Part shown: positions 13,199 through 26,799 of the stretch, one piece after another
Position numbering within the stretch: position 1 is the stretch's first letter
Layout: every line of letters begins with the position of its first letter
Assembly (NCBI GenBank): GCA_038496445.1
Contig: JALMLS010000342.1
Span: 124,001-188,000 of the forward strand
Reading direction: 5' to 3'
DNA length: 64,000 nucleotides
Source: Trichosphaerium sp. ATCC 40318
Lineage: Eukaryota > Protista > Tubulinea
Translations under genes and position numbers: made by a program
The notes under the pieces: model-generated
The model's input: the letters and a program-made list of their open reading frames with translations, nothing else
Databases searched by the model: none
Told to the model about the DNA's origin: nothing

Positions 13199-15145
13199 TT
13201 AAACGTAAGTCTTTTCGATATTGTCCAAATGTTCTTGCATCTGTGCAACTTGTTGATACCTAAAAAGTCACTAAACAAGTGTGCCGGCGTAATTATCACT
13301 AAGCAACAACGAACCTATAGTGCGGAATAACAGGGTGATTTAATAGCCACCTGTAAGACGATACTGTATTTTCCCATTGTCTTCTTGCATTGTGCCTATT
13401 TTTAAAACACTCAATTAGTTTACAACACGTGTTTTTGGACAGAAAAATAAGCTATATATACTTACCCTGACATTGAGGACCTAAAATCACTATCAACGAC
13501 ACATGGAGTGTCTTTTCCTTCTTGTATGTACGAAAACAAAAACATCTTATCAGATGTATCAATTTTAGCATTTTGGAACTTTGCAGGTTCAACAGCATCC
13601 TCTATTGTTTCAGCGTAGTCCGGAACCACATCAGGAAGTGGTAAATCTTCCATGCCACCGTCCTTGAGTAAAAATATAAGACTATAAACTATACACATTG
13701 CACGTGATAAAAGACAGAAATAAATTTCGAGAAAAACTAAAAAGTACCTTAAGAAGTGAACCCCAACCTGTACTAATTGTATAGCCTTTTTTGGCAGGTT
13801 CGGGTTTTTCTGTCTCTATGCTTTCTAGCAAAATTAATTAAGGTTATCACGTGTTTAATAATAGTATGTACCTTGAACCTTTTTACGAGGTTCATACTCA
13901 TCTTCTTGTTCACGATATGGTACATAATTACTAGCATTAGATTTATCATAACGCTCAACTTGGAATTCTTGTTCTTCTACTTCTTCAGGCCATATTCCTT
14001 CTTCTTCTTGACGCTGTAACTCAAGCTCACGTTCTTTATCACGTTTTTCCCTTTCTTTTCTCTGCTTGTCAAGGTCCTCCTCAAAAGCTAAAACCCAATT
14101 AGCACTTCCAAATGTAAAGGAACATTGTTCTTCAGCAGTACCTTCTTTAAACTTGTTATCCAATTGAAAACGTGGATCAACACCAATCCTATCTTGGAAT
14201 TGTTTAACTTTATAACCAGCCTCTCCTTTGTGTAGTTCTTTCACCTAATCCGAAAAAAATGTCAAAAATAAACACACTCTATCAACAAATGTCACCTTCA
14301 TTACTATCTCTCCACCTTCGCTGTCACTGTCTCCTTTTAGCCAATCACGTACTACATTTTCTTCCTATTCGAACGTGAGACTTGAGGCTTTTTATAAGTC
14401 AGAACATGTAACATACGTCTTCGTTGGTATCGAATAACATTTCACCCTTTACAGCCTCTTCCTGATTTGTTTGCTCCTCTTCTTCTTCGCTCTCATCATC
14501 TGAATCAAAGGTAACGTGCTTAGGCTTGCCACGACCTTTCATTTTTCTTGACACGGTAGGGAAATCTGACTTTGTTTGTCTTCGCTCCATGGCCAATATA
14601 CGCCTTTCTTCGGCCTGGAATGTCATGTGTCAATTATTTTTCTGAAAAAAAGAAAAAAGGTATTTCTCACTTCGTTGGCAAATTTTCTCTTCACTTTTAG
14701 CCTACGTCGTCTCTCGCGTTTGCGTTCGTTCTGTGCCTCGATTTCTGCAAGCTCTTCTGGTGTTTTCTCAACATAAACTTTTTTTTCTGTTTTTTCGACT
14801 GTTTCATCCATTATTGTGTCGCCATTGGCGTCGTCATGCGATTCTTCACCATTTGGGTGCGTATTTTTTTGCTTCTTTTTCTTGGGCTTTTCGTCATCGC
14901 TGATACCCTCGGCTTTGCGTTTTAAAGACTTTTCGGCGCTGTAGGCGGTTATTGGCGAGCGATTTAGTACTTCACATACGCTTTCTCTTCCTGAAGCTGT
15001 AACCTGATTTCTCGCTTTTTTGCCTTTGCTTCCTTATGCTTCTTCTTCTTACGCTTGCTATTTAGACATTGTAAGCATTTTTTATTGTAAATCACTTTAT
15101 AGCGTACCCTCTCTTTTTCTTAGTCGGCTTACCGACACTTGACAT
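13199..15145 (-). CDS. Lys/Glu-rich nucleolar protein, NOL8-like
   Basis: Highly charged exons. KHVTFDSDD and QFQDRIGVDPRFQLDNKFKE resemble the NOL8 conserved block (from recall, not a search). Confidence 0.55.
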
Positions 15146-15503
15146 GCTTTTTACTTGCCTGTCAGGTTTTTGATCTAAAACAGGTTGACCTATGAAGAAT
15201 GATTGTATACTACCTCCAAGTACAATAAAATGCGTCGTTACGCATTAAAATGGAACCAAATCCCTCGCTCTTCAAGAATCATGATCTTATGCAATTCTAA
15301 AAGCCGTTTTTTCTTATCACAAGTTCACTGTATGCAAACTTCTATTTAGTTGGTATTCTATGGACTATTTAACATACATACGAGTAACAGTTTTGGTCAT
15401 TTAGGCAGGCAATTATGTTGCGACAAGTTTCGTGTGAACCGAAAATAAAAAGGCGTGATTACCACCAGTTCAGTAGCTCCGCTTGCCTACTATAAGTTTT
15501 GAA

Positions 15504-18500
15504 ATGTCAAGCGATGGTGGCGTAACCATTGCGCAGCTACACGAACGCCTTAATAGTATAGACGCAGGTAAACACAGCAAATTAACTTCAACAGCTGTAA
15601 AAAATACAACAGAGGCGACAGACACAACTAAAAGGAGAAGGAAGAATTCACGTGCTTATAAGCGAATAAAGCAAAAGAAAGGAAGAAAGAATGAATCAAA
15701 TGGTACCCCAAAGGCTCGTGGATCTGGAAAAAGAAATACGAGCACTAAAGAGAACAGTACCCCTCAAAAGACCGAAAACAATGAATCAGTAGTACCAAAT
15801 GGTGATTATAAACAACCAAAGCCAAAAGTATTAGTATCTAGTAAATCAAACGGTATTAAATCAGTCCAGAAACGTACTCCTAGTTCAAGCTCTAATGATG
15901 AACGTATGAGGTACATAAACTACTACCACTAAAATGTGTGTTTGTATAATCATCACTTTATACTCAAACACGTTTATTTATACATTAGAAAATAACCAGT
16001 TTAGCTAAAAAGCACGTTTTAATCAAAAAAAAAAAAATCAAAAAAGGGTGATTGTATTTTTAGTTTTCTTTTTTGGTAATAAGAGTCTCGCTCACCGCTT
16101 TCAGTTTTTTTTGGTTAACTTTACTTACCTTGTTATTTTATTTATTCTTTTTTACTTTATTCTAACCTTGCGCTCAATCACGTGACTAACAATCACCACG
16201 TGACTTTGCTTTGAAAATAACACTAATGAGGTTTTTTTAGTAGCGATCAAGATGAAATATCAATGAATGGTTCAGAGGCTTCTGGAGACTATACAATGGA
16301 AGAATTTGATGCGTTTATCGAATTATATAAAAAGTATGGGTCGCTTATTGGTGAAAATCCAAGTAAAATAGCCGAAACTATTTTCTCGAAAGGAAAGGAG
16401 TTGACAACTGCAGCAACGATTTCGATGGAAGGCGCTTTTATGAGGTTTGATTTTTTTTAAGGCTTTTATTCCTGTTGACAGCTACGAACGTTATTGAGTG
16501 TATGCTAATACACTATTAAATTTTAGATCACTATCCATGCGTCCAGATCAAGAGGAAGAACCAGAACCTGAGAAAGCTGAACCACAAACAAGTGCACGTG
16601 CAAAGATTTATGCTCTTTATTTTTTCTTTGCAAAAGCGTTTGTTTCAATTGGTTAACGTTGTATCCTTATTATTCTGTTAGCCCCCGGTTGTTGCAGTGA
16701 CACCGCCATCCACAGAATCCAGTACACCTAAGCCAAAACGAGAGTTGGCTGGATCGTTAAGGTCAAGCTCATCAAGGCCAAAAAAACAAAGAAAGAAACC
16801 ATCATTGGGTACTTACAATAACCTAATTAAATTAAACAGCCGTTTGACACGCTTAGCGAGTTTAATTGCTAGAGAAGAAGAATCAGGAGGTCGAGAAGGT
16901 TTAATTGAGTCTGAGGAATCTGAATCTACAGCTTCAGTAGAAATTTTAGATGCAGACAAATCACGTACTTTTTACTTTAATAACCTGCATAAACTCATTG
17001 ATATTGGAACACCCGTAAGAAATGGTACTACTTCCCGTGATCGACACGAGCACTAACACAGTGGATTTCTTTTGTAGCGGAAGATATTGTTGAATATGTA
17101 GATACAGCCACTTTATTGGAGAGAGTGGATACAGTTGTGGAGAAGCCAATGACGAATAATAAATTTAAACAAATGAAAAAAATATGTGAAGAGATATGGA
17201 GACCAAACCCTTATGAGACGTTTATAAAGGTAACAACTGATAGTCTTTATTTTTTTCATAGTATTTATTACCTTTAATTTTTATCAGACATTGCGTCAAA
17301 AAGCGGCTAACAACCGACCTCAATATGTATTCTTGGTAATGGACTTTTCAGATCAAATTTTTTCAAGCAAAATTAGTAATGTCAGGTAACGTTAAATTCG
17401 TAAAACCATTGATATCATGTCACGTGACAACTAAAAAATTTTTTTAAAGGCGGAGGTTGAGGCTGTTACAAAAACTACGCGTTACTCATGTCATAGAGCG
17501 CGTATCAAAAAACCTACCAATAAGTGACGTACGTTGATTATTGTTTTTGTAAGAAAATATTAGGTGTTAACTTTCAATTTAAGCATAAGTACCTCGCATT
17601 GTATGTACCATCTACAGGGATATGGCTCGAATCAGAACGTACACTCGACTCTTATTTATTAGCAAGCGAGGTAATAATCCACAACACAGGCCTTTTGTGT
17701 TAACACTTTGTTTTTTGCGTCTCAGACGAGAGTTGTTCTTAGACAAAAGCCTCAAACTGTTGCCAAGGAATGCGTTGAAGTATATGTAGCGGGACAGCAT
17801 TTCCCTCAATTTATTGAGTTCTCACCACATACAACATCGCGTGGTATAATACAAGCATTGGTCAAGGAAAAAGTTGCTAACCCAGAGGATTATGGTCTTT
17901 ATTTCAATAATTCACAAAAGTGGCTTGATCCAGATATGACTCTTTATGCTTATGGTATCAAGCATCAGGTATAAAAGACACATCCAAAAAAGAGCTCGAT
18001 CATATCTTCTAATGCGTAATAGGAATTTTTGGAGTTCAAGCCAGCAGAACAAAACGTAGACATGGAAGACTCAAGTGAGTTAAAATTAAGCTCTTTTTTT
18101 TCTTTTTACCTATTTGAGTTGGGTATTTTCTGGAATTTTTTGAAGTATTTGTTGACTGATTGACAGATGCACGATTGATGGAGCGTTATGAAGTAAAGTC
18201 GTTCTATATTAAAATACGTGGTATTGAGCAGCAATCTGTTATCACATTACAAATAAATCAACTCACTCGTGTCTGGGAGCTCATTAAAAAAGCACATGCA
18301 AAAATCAATCCTTCAAGTTTTAGAAATCAGTATGGTACGAAGAAAGAAAAGACCACGTGAAAAAATCTTACCTGTGACTTATTAAACTGAAACATCCTTG
18401 CAGGTATCTGTAAGATGACAAACGGCGAAGAGAATTATTTAGATGAAAGTGCACCTTTAGGTTATTACAAGCTCGAACCATTGGTAAGTAGTCAAAAAAT

Positions 18501-19644
18501 CTTAAGACCATGATGAGTAAAAGAGCGTTTATATTAACCTATCACGTGATAGGAAGTTGTATTTTTTAAACAAAAGCCAGAACATATCTCTAGAGAAAAT
18601 GTTACTTCTTTTGACACAAGACCAGTAACACCAAAGAAGAGACCACGTAGAAGCCACTCAGTAGATGCCAAACTAGCAAAAAAAGCAAGGTAGAAAAAAA
18701 AAATTATATCATCGATTCACTCTAACTTAGGCGTCGCAATGTGAGTCGTAGTGTCATTTTAACTAAACCTATATCTATATCTAAGAAACAAAGCCGAAGA
18801 GAAATGCGTGTAAGTCGTATCAACTGAGAAAAATATAAAAGTGTAACAACATTCTGTTTAGATGGAAGAGGATAAGAAATCAATGACATCTCCACCTGTA
18901 GGATCTAAAAAAGAATTGTACAAAGAAGGTCCAAAATCTAAAAAGATGCACCGCAGATCCAGCTCTACGCCTGGTGGTCGTGTTACAAGGTCAAAGAGTA
19001 GCAATCCTGCTCTTGGCGGTAAAACAATTACTCACTCCGCTGACTTCACTGGCGCTCAAAGTCCTAGAAGACGGCGATCAGTATGCGACTATTTGCCTTT
19101 TTTTTATTCTAAACGTTTTTTGTGTTAGAAGCCACGTGAAGTCAAGAAACAATTTTTTAAAGTATTCGTACCTGCATTGAAAGTAACGAAAGTAATGAAG
19201 TTTAAAATAGTAAGCAAGCAGCACGATATAATGCGAAGGTGCGTAAATTACTCACAAAATGACCTTTTTGACTGATTGAGGTTTTTTTTCAGAGTCCCAG
19301 CTTTACAGGACTATGATGCGCATGAAATATTCTTCCCTACAGTTCATGGAGGAACTGTGATGGGTCGTAAATGCACATTAGGTACGACATTAGAAGCTAT
19401 ACTTTCTCAAAAGATTCTTAAATATTTTTATAGCTTGTTACTATGGTGATGGCCGTGAAGACTTACGATCGAATGTACGTTATCACATTTCTTTTGATTT
19501 ATATAATTATAGCGTTATTAAACTCTTTGGGTGTAGGACATGATCATCATACGACGAAAAAGTACAAAAAAGTCAGGGATAGGTTCCATAGGATCTTTCT
19601 CGAAAAAGAGTAGAAAAAAAAGCCTTAAAAAGACGAAGGTATAA
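15504..19644 (+). CDS. Large low-complexity protein with three or four talin/FERM-F0-like ubiquitin-fold domains
   Basis: Repeated units LALYVPSTGIWLESERTLDSY, YGLYFNNSQKWLDPDMTLYAYGI and YGICKMTNGEENYLDESAPLGYYKL, separated by S/K/R-rich linkers. Includes micro-exons near 18731 and 18786. Single-gene model inferred. Confidence 0.6.
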
Positions 19645-21708
19645 AATAAATAAATATTTGCGTGTACATACAATCCACAAAAACAAAACAAAAAAAGAGG
19701 TGTATACAACGTTTGTACCTTATGGTAATTGTGAGATATTCTTATGGAAACCCTTTTTGATCAGAGCAATAAATATTTGTGTATTAGTTTCGTCTCAAAA
19801 CTTGTTTCTCCACATATCCTAACACGAAAACTGAACTTGGTAGGTATTCCACAGTGGATTCGAACGCACAGCTGTTGCTGTTGCTGATTGCTTCAAACTG
19901 AGTAACTGTAAACAAGCCTTACACGCATCGTGCTTGTGATACGCTGGAGTAATTTCAAGACAACTGCTAAACAAACATGCTTCCCGACATACTTGTATGT
20001 TGAAAATAAACAGAGCACTCTTGCGTAGTCGGAGCTGCAATTTGTTACGAAAAATACCTACGGCGCAGAAGAACAGTACAGAAATAAGTACAATCGAGAA
20101 GGGGAAATTGCGAGGTTGTGTTGGTTCAGCAGACGTCAGACTTTAAAGGAAATTTGGCATATTTTCAACTTTGTGTTTTCTGCACTTTTTTTGGGACTTT
20201 GATCAAATTCTTTAACTCTAGACGATTTATAAATCCTTCGGAATATTATAGTACCGAGTAGATTTCTGTATTTCAGTCAACCCAAAAAAAGACTAAAAAA
20301 TAGGAATTGCAACTTTCATTTTTGGATTGTCAGAAATATGACGATACAAAGTTGTTATCAATACTTGTATACGCACATACTAGCATACAGCAATACAAAA
20401 AAGCATGAAAAGGGTCTGTAATGAATATAAGAATAAAATATCGGGTGCTGTACCAAAAGAGCGAAATTCTGGACTTCAAAAAAATTTCACACTACAACAA
20501 AAATGCTAACTGAAAGTGCATTATTTTTAATCTTGTTCTATTCGCTGGTTTGCTAGCTCCTTTGGTAACAAATAGAAAAACGACAAGGAGCGAAAAGACG
20601 TGATTAAATTTATTATTTAAAACATTGGGCAGTAAAAAGATACCCTTTGTTGATGCCACTTACAGTTTATCACCAGTGAGTCTGAAAACTGGCATGCAAA
20701 AATAAAGTGTGTAGATTGTAACGGAACATGCAGGCATTTAACAACAACGCACGCAAACAGCGTTGTGTAGTGTCAAATGTGTTCTAAAATAAAGTAACGT
20801 ACTTGCTCATTAGATCCATCTGTAGACGTATTTCTCCTGTACTAATTATCTTTTCTACGCTGCAGAATGCTATTTATCACAATGTAGTAAATGTTGGTGG
20901 GTATTAAAGACTCTTTCCAAGTTTAGATATTAGGGAGCTTAAAATTACGCTTTTTAGCACGTGAATTAATCAACAGCGCTTATGAAGCGTTTTTAGTTTG
21001 GTATAAAAAACATATTTCTGAGTGACGAAAAAGTCAAAAAGCGAATTTTTTCCTGTTTGTCTTTACTTAAAGATGCCGTGTTCTAAACTTGGATCATGTT
21101 CTAAACTGAAAGTAAAGGTACAGATACGATAAACACTAGTGTTGCATACAACAAGAAAATCTCTCAGATTGGTAGTCTTCCAAAACAGGTTGGTTAGGAA
21201 AACGAACTTGTGAAAGAACAAGTTTAAAGATCAGCAAAAAAAAAACCTTGAGAAGCATTTTATCAGTTGCTGCGAAGGAACCATTTTATTAGGGAACTAA
21301 ATAGAAAAGTGAAAAATTATTTAGTTTTCTTACCAAAGTGCAACTTTAATCCATAATTAGAGGCACATATTCAGCACGACAACTCTTCTATTAGTTAACC
21401 AAGACATTAAAAGCGTAAGTTTATTTAAACTACACATACGAAGGAATAACGTCTGCAAAAAAACTACAGTACTTCAAAGTGTAGATTCCCTTTTTACTCA
21501 ATTCCAGCCCTACCAATGCGTAGTGCATAACGTTGACGATTCTATTTCACCCTTTGAGCCTACAAAAACTTGGCGTCGTTTCAAAAACTCAACAAAAAAA
21601 CTCTTTCAACTTTTTTATTAAAATCGCTTCTTTTATCAAGCACCACATTGTTAACAAAAACTTACTAGAGCTGCAACCTAACGTACACTAAATAATCAAA
21701 CAAGACAG

Positions 21709-22486
21709 ATGCGAAGCTCTTTTGAATACCAAGCTAGAAACATGCGTATGCTGCAAGTTCGTGCTGAACTAAAGACAACTTGCGACGGTTGGAAGTGGCG
21801 TAACATTGGCAATCGCGTACTCAAAGCATCACAAAAGAAGCGCACATACTACCGTTGTGCTCTACGCTCTTGCCCAGCGAAGAAACACGTTCAACAAAAC
21901 TGCGAAAATAACACTTTTATGTGCGTCTACATGCTACTTTTTCTACCACATACGCCAGATACTGATATACTTTATCTTATAGAGACGTTTGCTACATTCA
22001 TGAGCATAATCACGCTAAACCAACTAAAAAAAAACCTTCAAAGAATACTACTAAGCTTATTGCAAAAGACAAGTGCGTAAAATCAAAATCCGAGAGCTAT
22101 GAAAGGTTTTGCTAATCTTGCGTAGATGGAAATTAGAGTCAAAGGTTTGCTGTTATAAGCCAACTCTACCTTCTATTGCTACTCTACTCAGCCAGGGTTT
22201 CTTAAAGCTATCTGCTGGCTCAACGCCTAATATGGTAATCGATTGTTGTCCTCAAAATACACATACCCAATACGGTTTCCTGCCACCGGTATCAAGACTA
22301 CTGCCAATGATTGCTGCAACGCAAAACCCTCACAGAGTTACAAATGATGAGAAAAACCGGTTCAGCCCAGTTATTTTATCATCACCTAGATACTACGTTT
22401 GGGGACAAGGATACACAAACTCTCCAAAGCAAAATACGCGAACAAAAAAGTATCTGTACTACAACAACAGAAATAAAAAAGAATAA
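21709..22486 (+). CDS. WRKY-family zinc-finger transcription factor with divergent signature
   Basis: DGWKWRNIGNRVLKASQKKRTYYRC-ALRS-CPAKKHV..(intron)..CYIHEHNH gives C-X4-C-X23-H-X-H. Confidence 0.8.
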
Positions 22487-22941
22487 CTGTACAATAATGC
22501 AAATCCTCTAATTTTGTGAATACCACTTTTACTTGCGTTGGCAAGTATGTACGAGTCAATGTGTCGTGACCATCCACAATGCAACGTTGACAATGGAGAA
22601 GTTTTGGTCTATTTGAATGACTGCTGTGACAATTTGGCTTTAAGTAGTAAGGGACTGCTGTGTTTTAGGCTGTACCACGTTGTAAACTAGGAGCATGGTT
22701 TAGTGGCTTGTATTACGCAACAATAAATTTGATTTCAAACTGTTGCATCTTTTTAAACTAGTTTTTCGAAGTTGCACCAAATCCTTTTTATAGTGGGACA
22801 TGTGAAAAAGAAAAATAACCTAAACTAATGATATCAATGCTGTTCGGGATGTTTTGCATGACCTTCTCTGTCACAACTTTAGGTTATGATAACCAGGTAC
22901 GAGGTAGTGATGGTTCAAGTGTCTTTTATTTGAAGGCTATA

Positions 22942-25283
22942 TTACTTAGCAAAATATGCTAAAAGGGAGTTTTTTACAGGTTTGTGTTTCTTATTGGCTA
23001 CCATACTATTATTTTCTAATGATCTCTTGCGCTTCTTTGAGCTTCCTTTAGATACAGATACAGATTGAAGATTACCTTCATTATTTTGAACCTCTTCTAC
23101 AACAAGTAGTTAGCAACAAAGACGTTTATAACTTAGAAAGCTCGAGTTGGAACGTACTTAAGACTTTTGTTGGAGACGGTTTCACTATTGTTCCTGATTC
23201 CATAAGCTGTGTATCTTGTGTTCCCGACAAAATAGGCTCTCCTTCAGTACAAGGCTTGGTAATGACACAAGAATTACTTAACAGCGCTGAAAAAACCGAG
23301 CATTAGTAAAAACACGTGCGCAATGCAACAAAAAAAATATGCTTGGTTTTCTTCAAAATGATAACTTACGTTCTATCGATGCTACCATTTGGATTGGTAC
23401 TTCTATGAACGTGTAAGACAATACAAGTTTGTAGGGTTTTTTTCTGAAAAAAAGTAATTCGTACTTGATAGAGGTGCTTGTGTTGGCGGTGAAGAAGGTT
23501 GTATAACTTCTAAGCTAGGTCCAATATCAAGAGCGATTTCATCTGAAATTTCTTCCAAGATGTCTCCAAAAATATCAGGTGTTGGTATAAGTATTGGATT
23601 AGGTAAGTTAGGTAAACTAAGCAGATTGTTGCCTCCTTGTATCGATTCTTGCGAAGAAGAGGACGCCTCTACATTTAATACTTCTACTTGTGGCTCTTGT
23701 TCTTCGTCTTCTTCTTGTGGTTTTGCTTCACTTACGTCTTTAGGTAATGAAGGAGTATCACTCGTAGTATCCTTTGCTTCTGAAGGAATAGCTTCTGTTG
23801 TGGCTTCTTGAGTTTCTTCATCTTTGTGTGTTGTTTTCTCTTTCTTCTCTTCTTCAGCAGGGCCTGCAACGCTGACGCAATCAGAGGAAGATGATTGTGT
23901 TTTGTCGTCCTTGTTGTTATCTAGTTTCTTGTCGTCTTTCTTTGAGTTCTTGAAGTAGTCGAACATTGGAAAGTACGTCACATTTGGATCCATAATCAAT
24001 CCTTTTCCTTTTTTCATTTTAACTCTCAACTCCTTCTTTGCCTTCTTTTCCGCTTTTTCAGCTTCTATCTCCTCCTTACTTCTCCTTTTACGTTTTGGTG
24101 CTATTCTCGGTGTTAATACAACGATAATATAACTATAAACTTACCTAAAGGTAAACCTCCATTGAGTTGTACTTTGTAATCGACACGTGACACGCGTTCT
24201 GATTTATTATAAAAATCCACTGTATTTTCTCCCGCCCAGGCCTTCTCCAAAGACATAAGTTGTTGTCTATACATAGTTAACTGGCTGTAAAACAGTTGGC
24301 GATATACATACCTAAACCCACGGTTTACAGCTGTCTCATAAGGTATTTTTTCGTTAACATGGTCCCAACTTTTTTTAAGCGTCCATTCTTTGTATTTCAT
24401 CAAGTAGGCGATTGTGAGTGTCACAGACCTACTCTTCCCTGACAGTTTTGTTAAATGAGTTTAAACGTAACGCCACACCTTCTCTACAATGTATCATAAC
24501 ACTATCACCATTAGATACAGAGTTGTGTACGAATTCAAGCGCAGGCGGTATCAGTGGTTCTAAATCTAACCGACAAATATTACAAAAAAATGTAAACAAC
24601 AAGGAGTACATACCGACGTTTGGGTCATCAGGTACTTCTATGCGATGATAAACAAAAGGAGTTTCTCCCTATTGATTGAGTTAAGCATAAAACAAAATCA
24701 TGATGTTCACGTGACTAATAGACAAAAACGATAGCGTACCTCATAGTAATTTCGAACTTTATCTGTGACATTTAGTATGCGGTGGCATTTATTCTCTGTC
24801 AACCAATGCCAATTTTGAGCTGATAGCCTTGTGCCTAACATTGTTAGACTGACACGCGATCTAAAGGATGATCTATTTCAAATAACAATCAAAAACAGTG
24901 CTGTTACCAACGTAAATGTTTGGTATGATCTCTATGCCTTCTCCTTTACTCGCTGCCGCTTGCTATTGATGATAAGGGATTTGTGATTTCGGTGTTGGCG
25001 TACGCTTCTTTTTGTGTTGTTTTCTTTAATCTCTTCTATTTTACGGCGTCTACGCATCTTTCTCTCTGCTATCTTACGCTTTCGTTCGATTTCAACAGCC
25101 TAGGGCGTCAATTACTCCATTATAGATACAAACAGCTATAAATGATCTAGATACCTCCTTTCGCTTGCGTTCTTCCTCATCAAGCTTCGCCTGGCGCTCT
25201 GCGCGTTGTTTTTCGAATAAATACGCAAAATTGCGCTGTGGATTTTCTGCGTTCTTGTAGAACTTTGTAATACAACTTTGCAT
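22942..25283 (-). CDS. Dual-specificity protein phosphatase with long acidic C-terminal region
   Basis: IEIIPNIY, ILNVT, IEVPDDP, spliced catalytic loop VMIHCREGKSRS, AYLMK, VNRGFRQQL. Last exon ends KPVKNSLLAYFAK*. Confidence 0.88.
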
Positions 25284-25757
25284 TGATTTACTAAGTAACG
25301 GTTATAAAAATTATTGTGATTTGGGACTTTGGCTGACGGTAGAAATGCACTTTTGACTTGTTATATCTTGTATTACAATAGCTTGTATGCATCGCGTAGA
25401 GCTATGCTGTGACATGGTTAAAAGTTCGTTTGTGTTGCTTTTAAGCCAGCTCTTTTTGATGTACTAAAAAAATGCTATTTTACTATTGTCACGATAGAGG
25501 GTTGCGTTATCTTCCATAACCAACCATTTATTAATATGACCAAATCAACTAACGCCAGAAAATTGACTTTTTTCACACGCCAAAAGAAGAATTTTGGTAA
25601 CTCGTTATCGTATACTTTGGCGAAGTATTGACGTATTACTTTTTGTTTTTGCGAGTTTGTACGTGTGCCCACAGTATCAATAAACAAATTCTAACCATTT
25701 TCTTGGTCGTTTATTATGTTACACTCGTCTTTTAGATAATTCGATTTCGTTTTAAAA

Positions 25758-26243
25758 TTACATATTAGTCATACAGCTGTTGAGCAATGATAGCTGGTCT
25801 GCTATTGTTTCCGCTGTGTACGTCCTGTTTTGCCATGGACCTCCACCTTGTAGCCAAGTTACGTGGTCCTCAAATCGCTCGTCAGTAGTAGGATCTACTA
25901 CCTCACCGTTCTCGTGAATGACTACGCCAAAGCGAGTGCTCTTTTTCTTTTCGTTCGAAAGTTGCACATAGCTTTGGTTAGCTTGATACATAAAACCTCG
26001 CTGACCTCCTCTGGTTGTATTATCTATCACTTCTGTACAATAGACTGATATTTGGAAGGAACCGAAATACAACGGGTGATAAAACGTTATAACTGTGCCT
26101 CGTTCGATACATCTGCGCGTGTTGTGTTAGTACGTTAATAACCGCTTGAGTTTTCGTTACCTTTGGCACTCAACGCGGAGCGTTTTTGTAGTGTATTGGA
26201 GTTGTGCGTGGTTAGAAAGGTTACAGCTTCGTGCGGCTCTCAT
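25758..26243 (-). CDS. Hypothetical protein (about 145 aa, two exons)
   Basis: ATG at 26243, GT-AG intron near 26113-26160, then joins ORF 25758..26072. No family recognised. Confidence 0.45.
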
Positions 26244-26799
26244 GTTGCGTAGTGTGTTTGATTGAAACTGTTATGATTTTTTTGAAAGTTTATTTTTGCA
26301 TTCCGTTAGTACAAAATAAGAAATAACCTATTTTTTTTGTTACTAGTATCGGGGCACAGAGGAAAATAGACGATATCTGTGTATAAATATATTGTGCACA
26401 CACTCCGACTGTTATTGTGATAGATTGAAAAGTGCTATGAATAGCAGAAACTAGAGTTTTTGGTCTTTTTTGAAAGTAAACAAAAAAACCGTTTATATCT
26501 CACGTGTGTTAAAAAGCTATCTTGTGTAATGGCGCTAGTGTATTTGTGTTCTATTCAATTTATCACGTCACAAAAATATCCGATGATGATAAGCTTTTTT
26601 TAGGTGAGCTGCGCCAAAAGGCGCGAAATATTTGCGCGTGGATATCACGTATGAACTGAAATTTAAGAACGAAAATTCAGAGCAAATTGATTGGTAAATT
26701 TGCTAACAAAACGGTACAAATTAAATTGGTCGGAAAGTTTTGCGAACCTCATAAACGTCGTTGTTTTTTTTTAGTCAAACTTTGGAATTGCCTAAACAA

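Noticed and set aside
19840-19920. Possible tRNA gene (GTTCGAATCC B-box on the minus strand)
   Set aside because: T-stem pairs poorly and no matching acceptor, D or anticodon stems could be built.
23560-23811. Antisense ORFs such as 23560..23811, 29798..30082, 37090..37470 and 49381..49689
   Set aside because: Shadows of real exons on the opposite strand with no independent coding signal.
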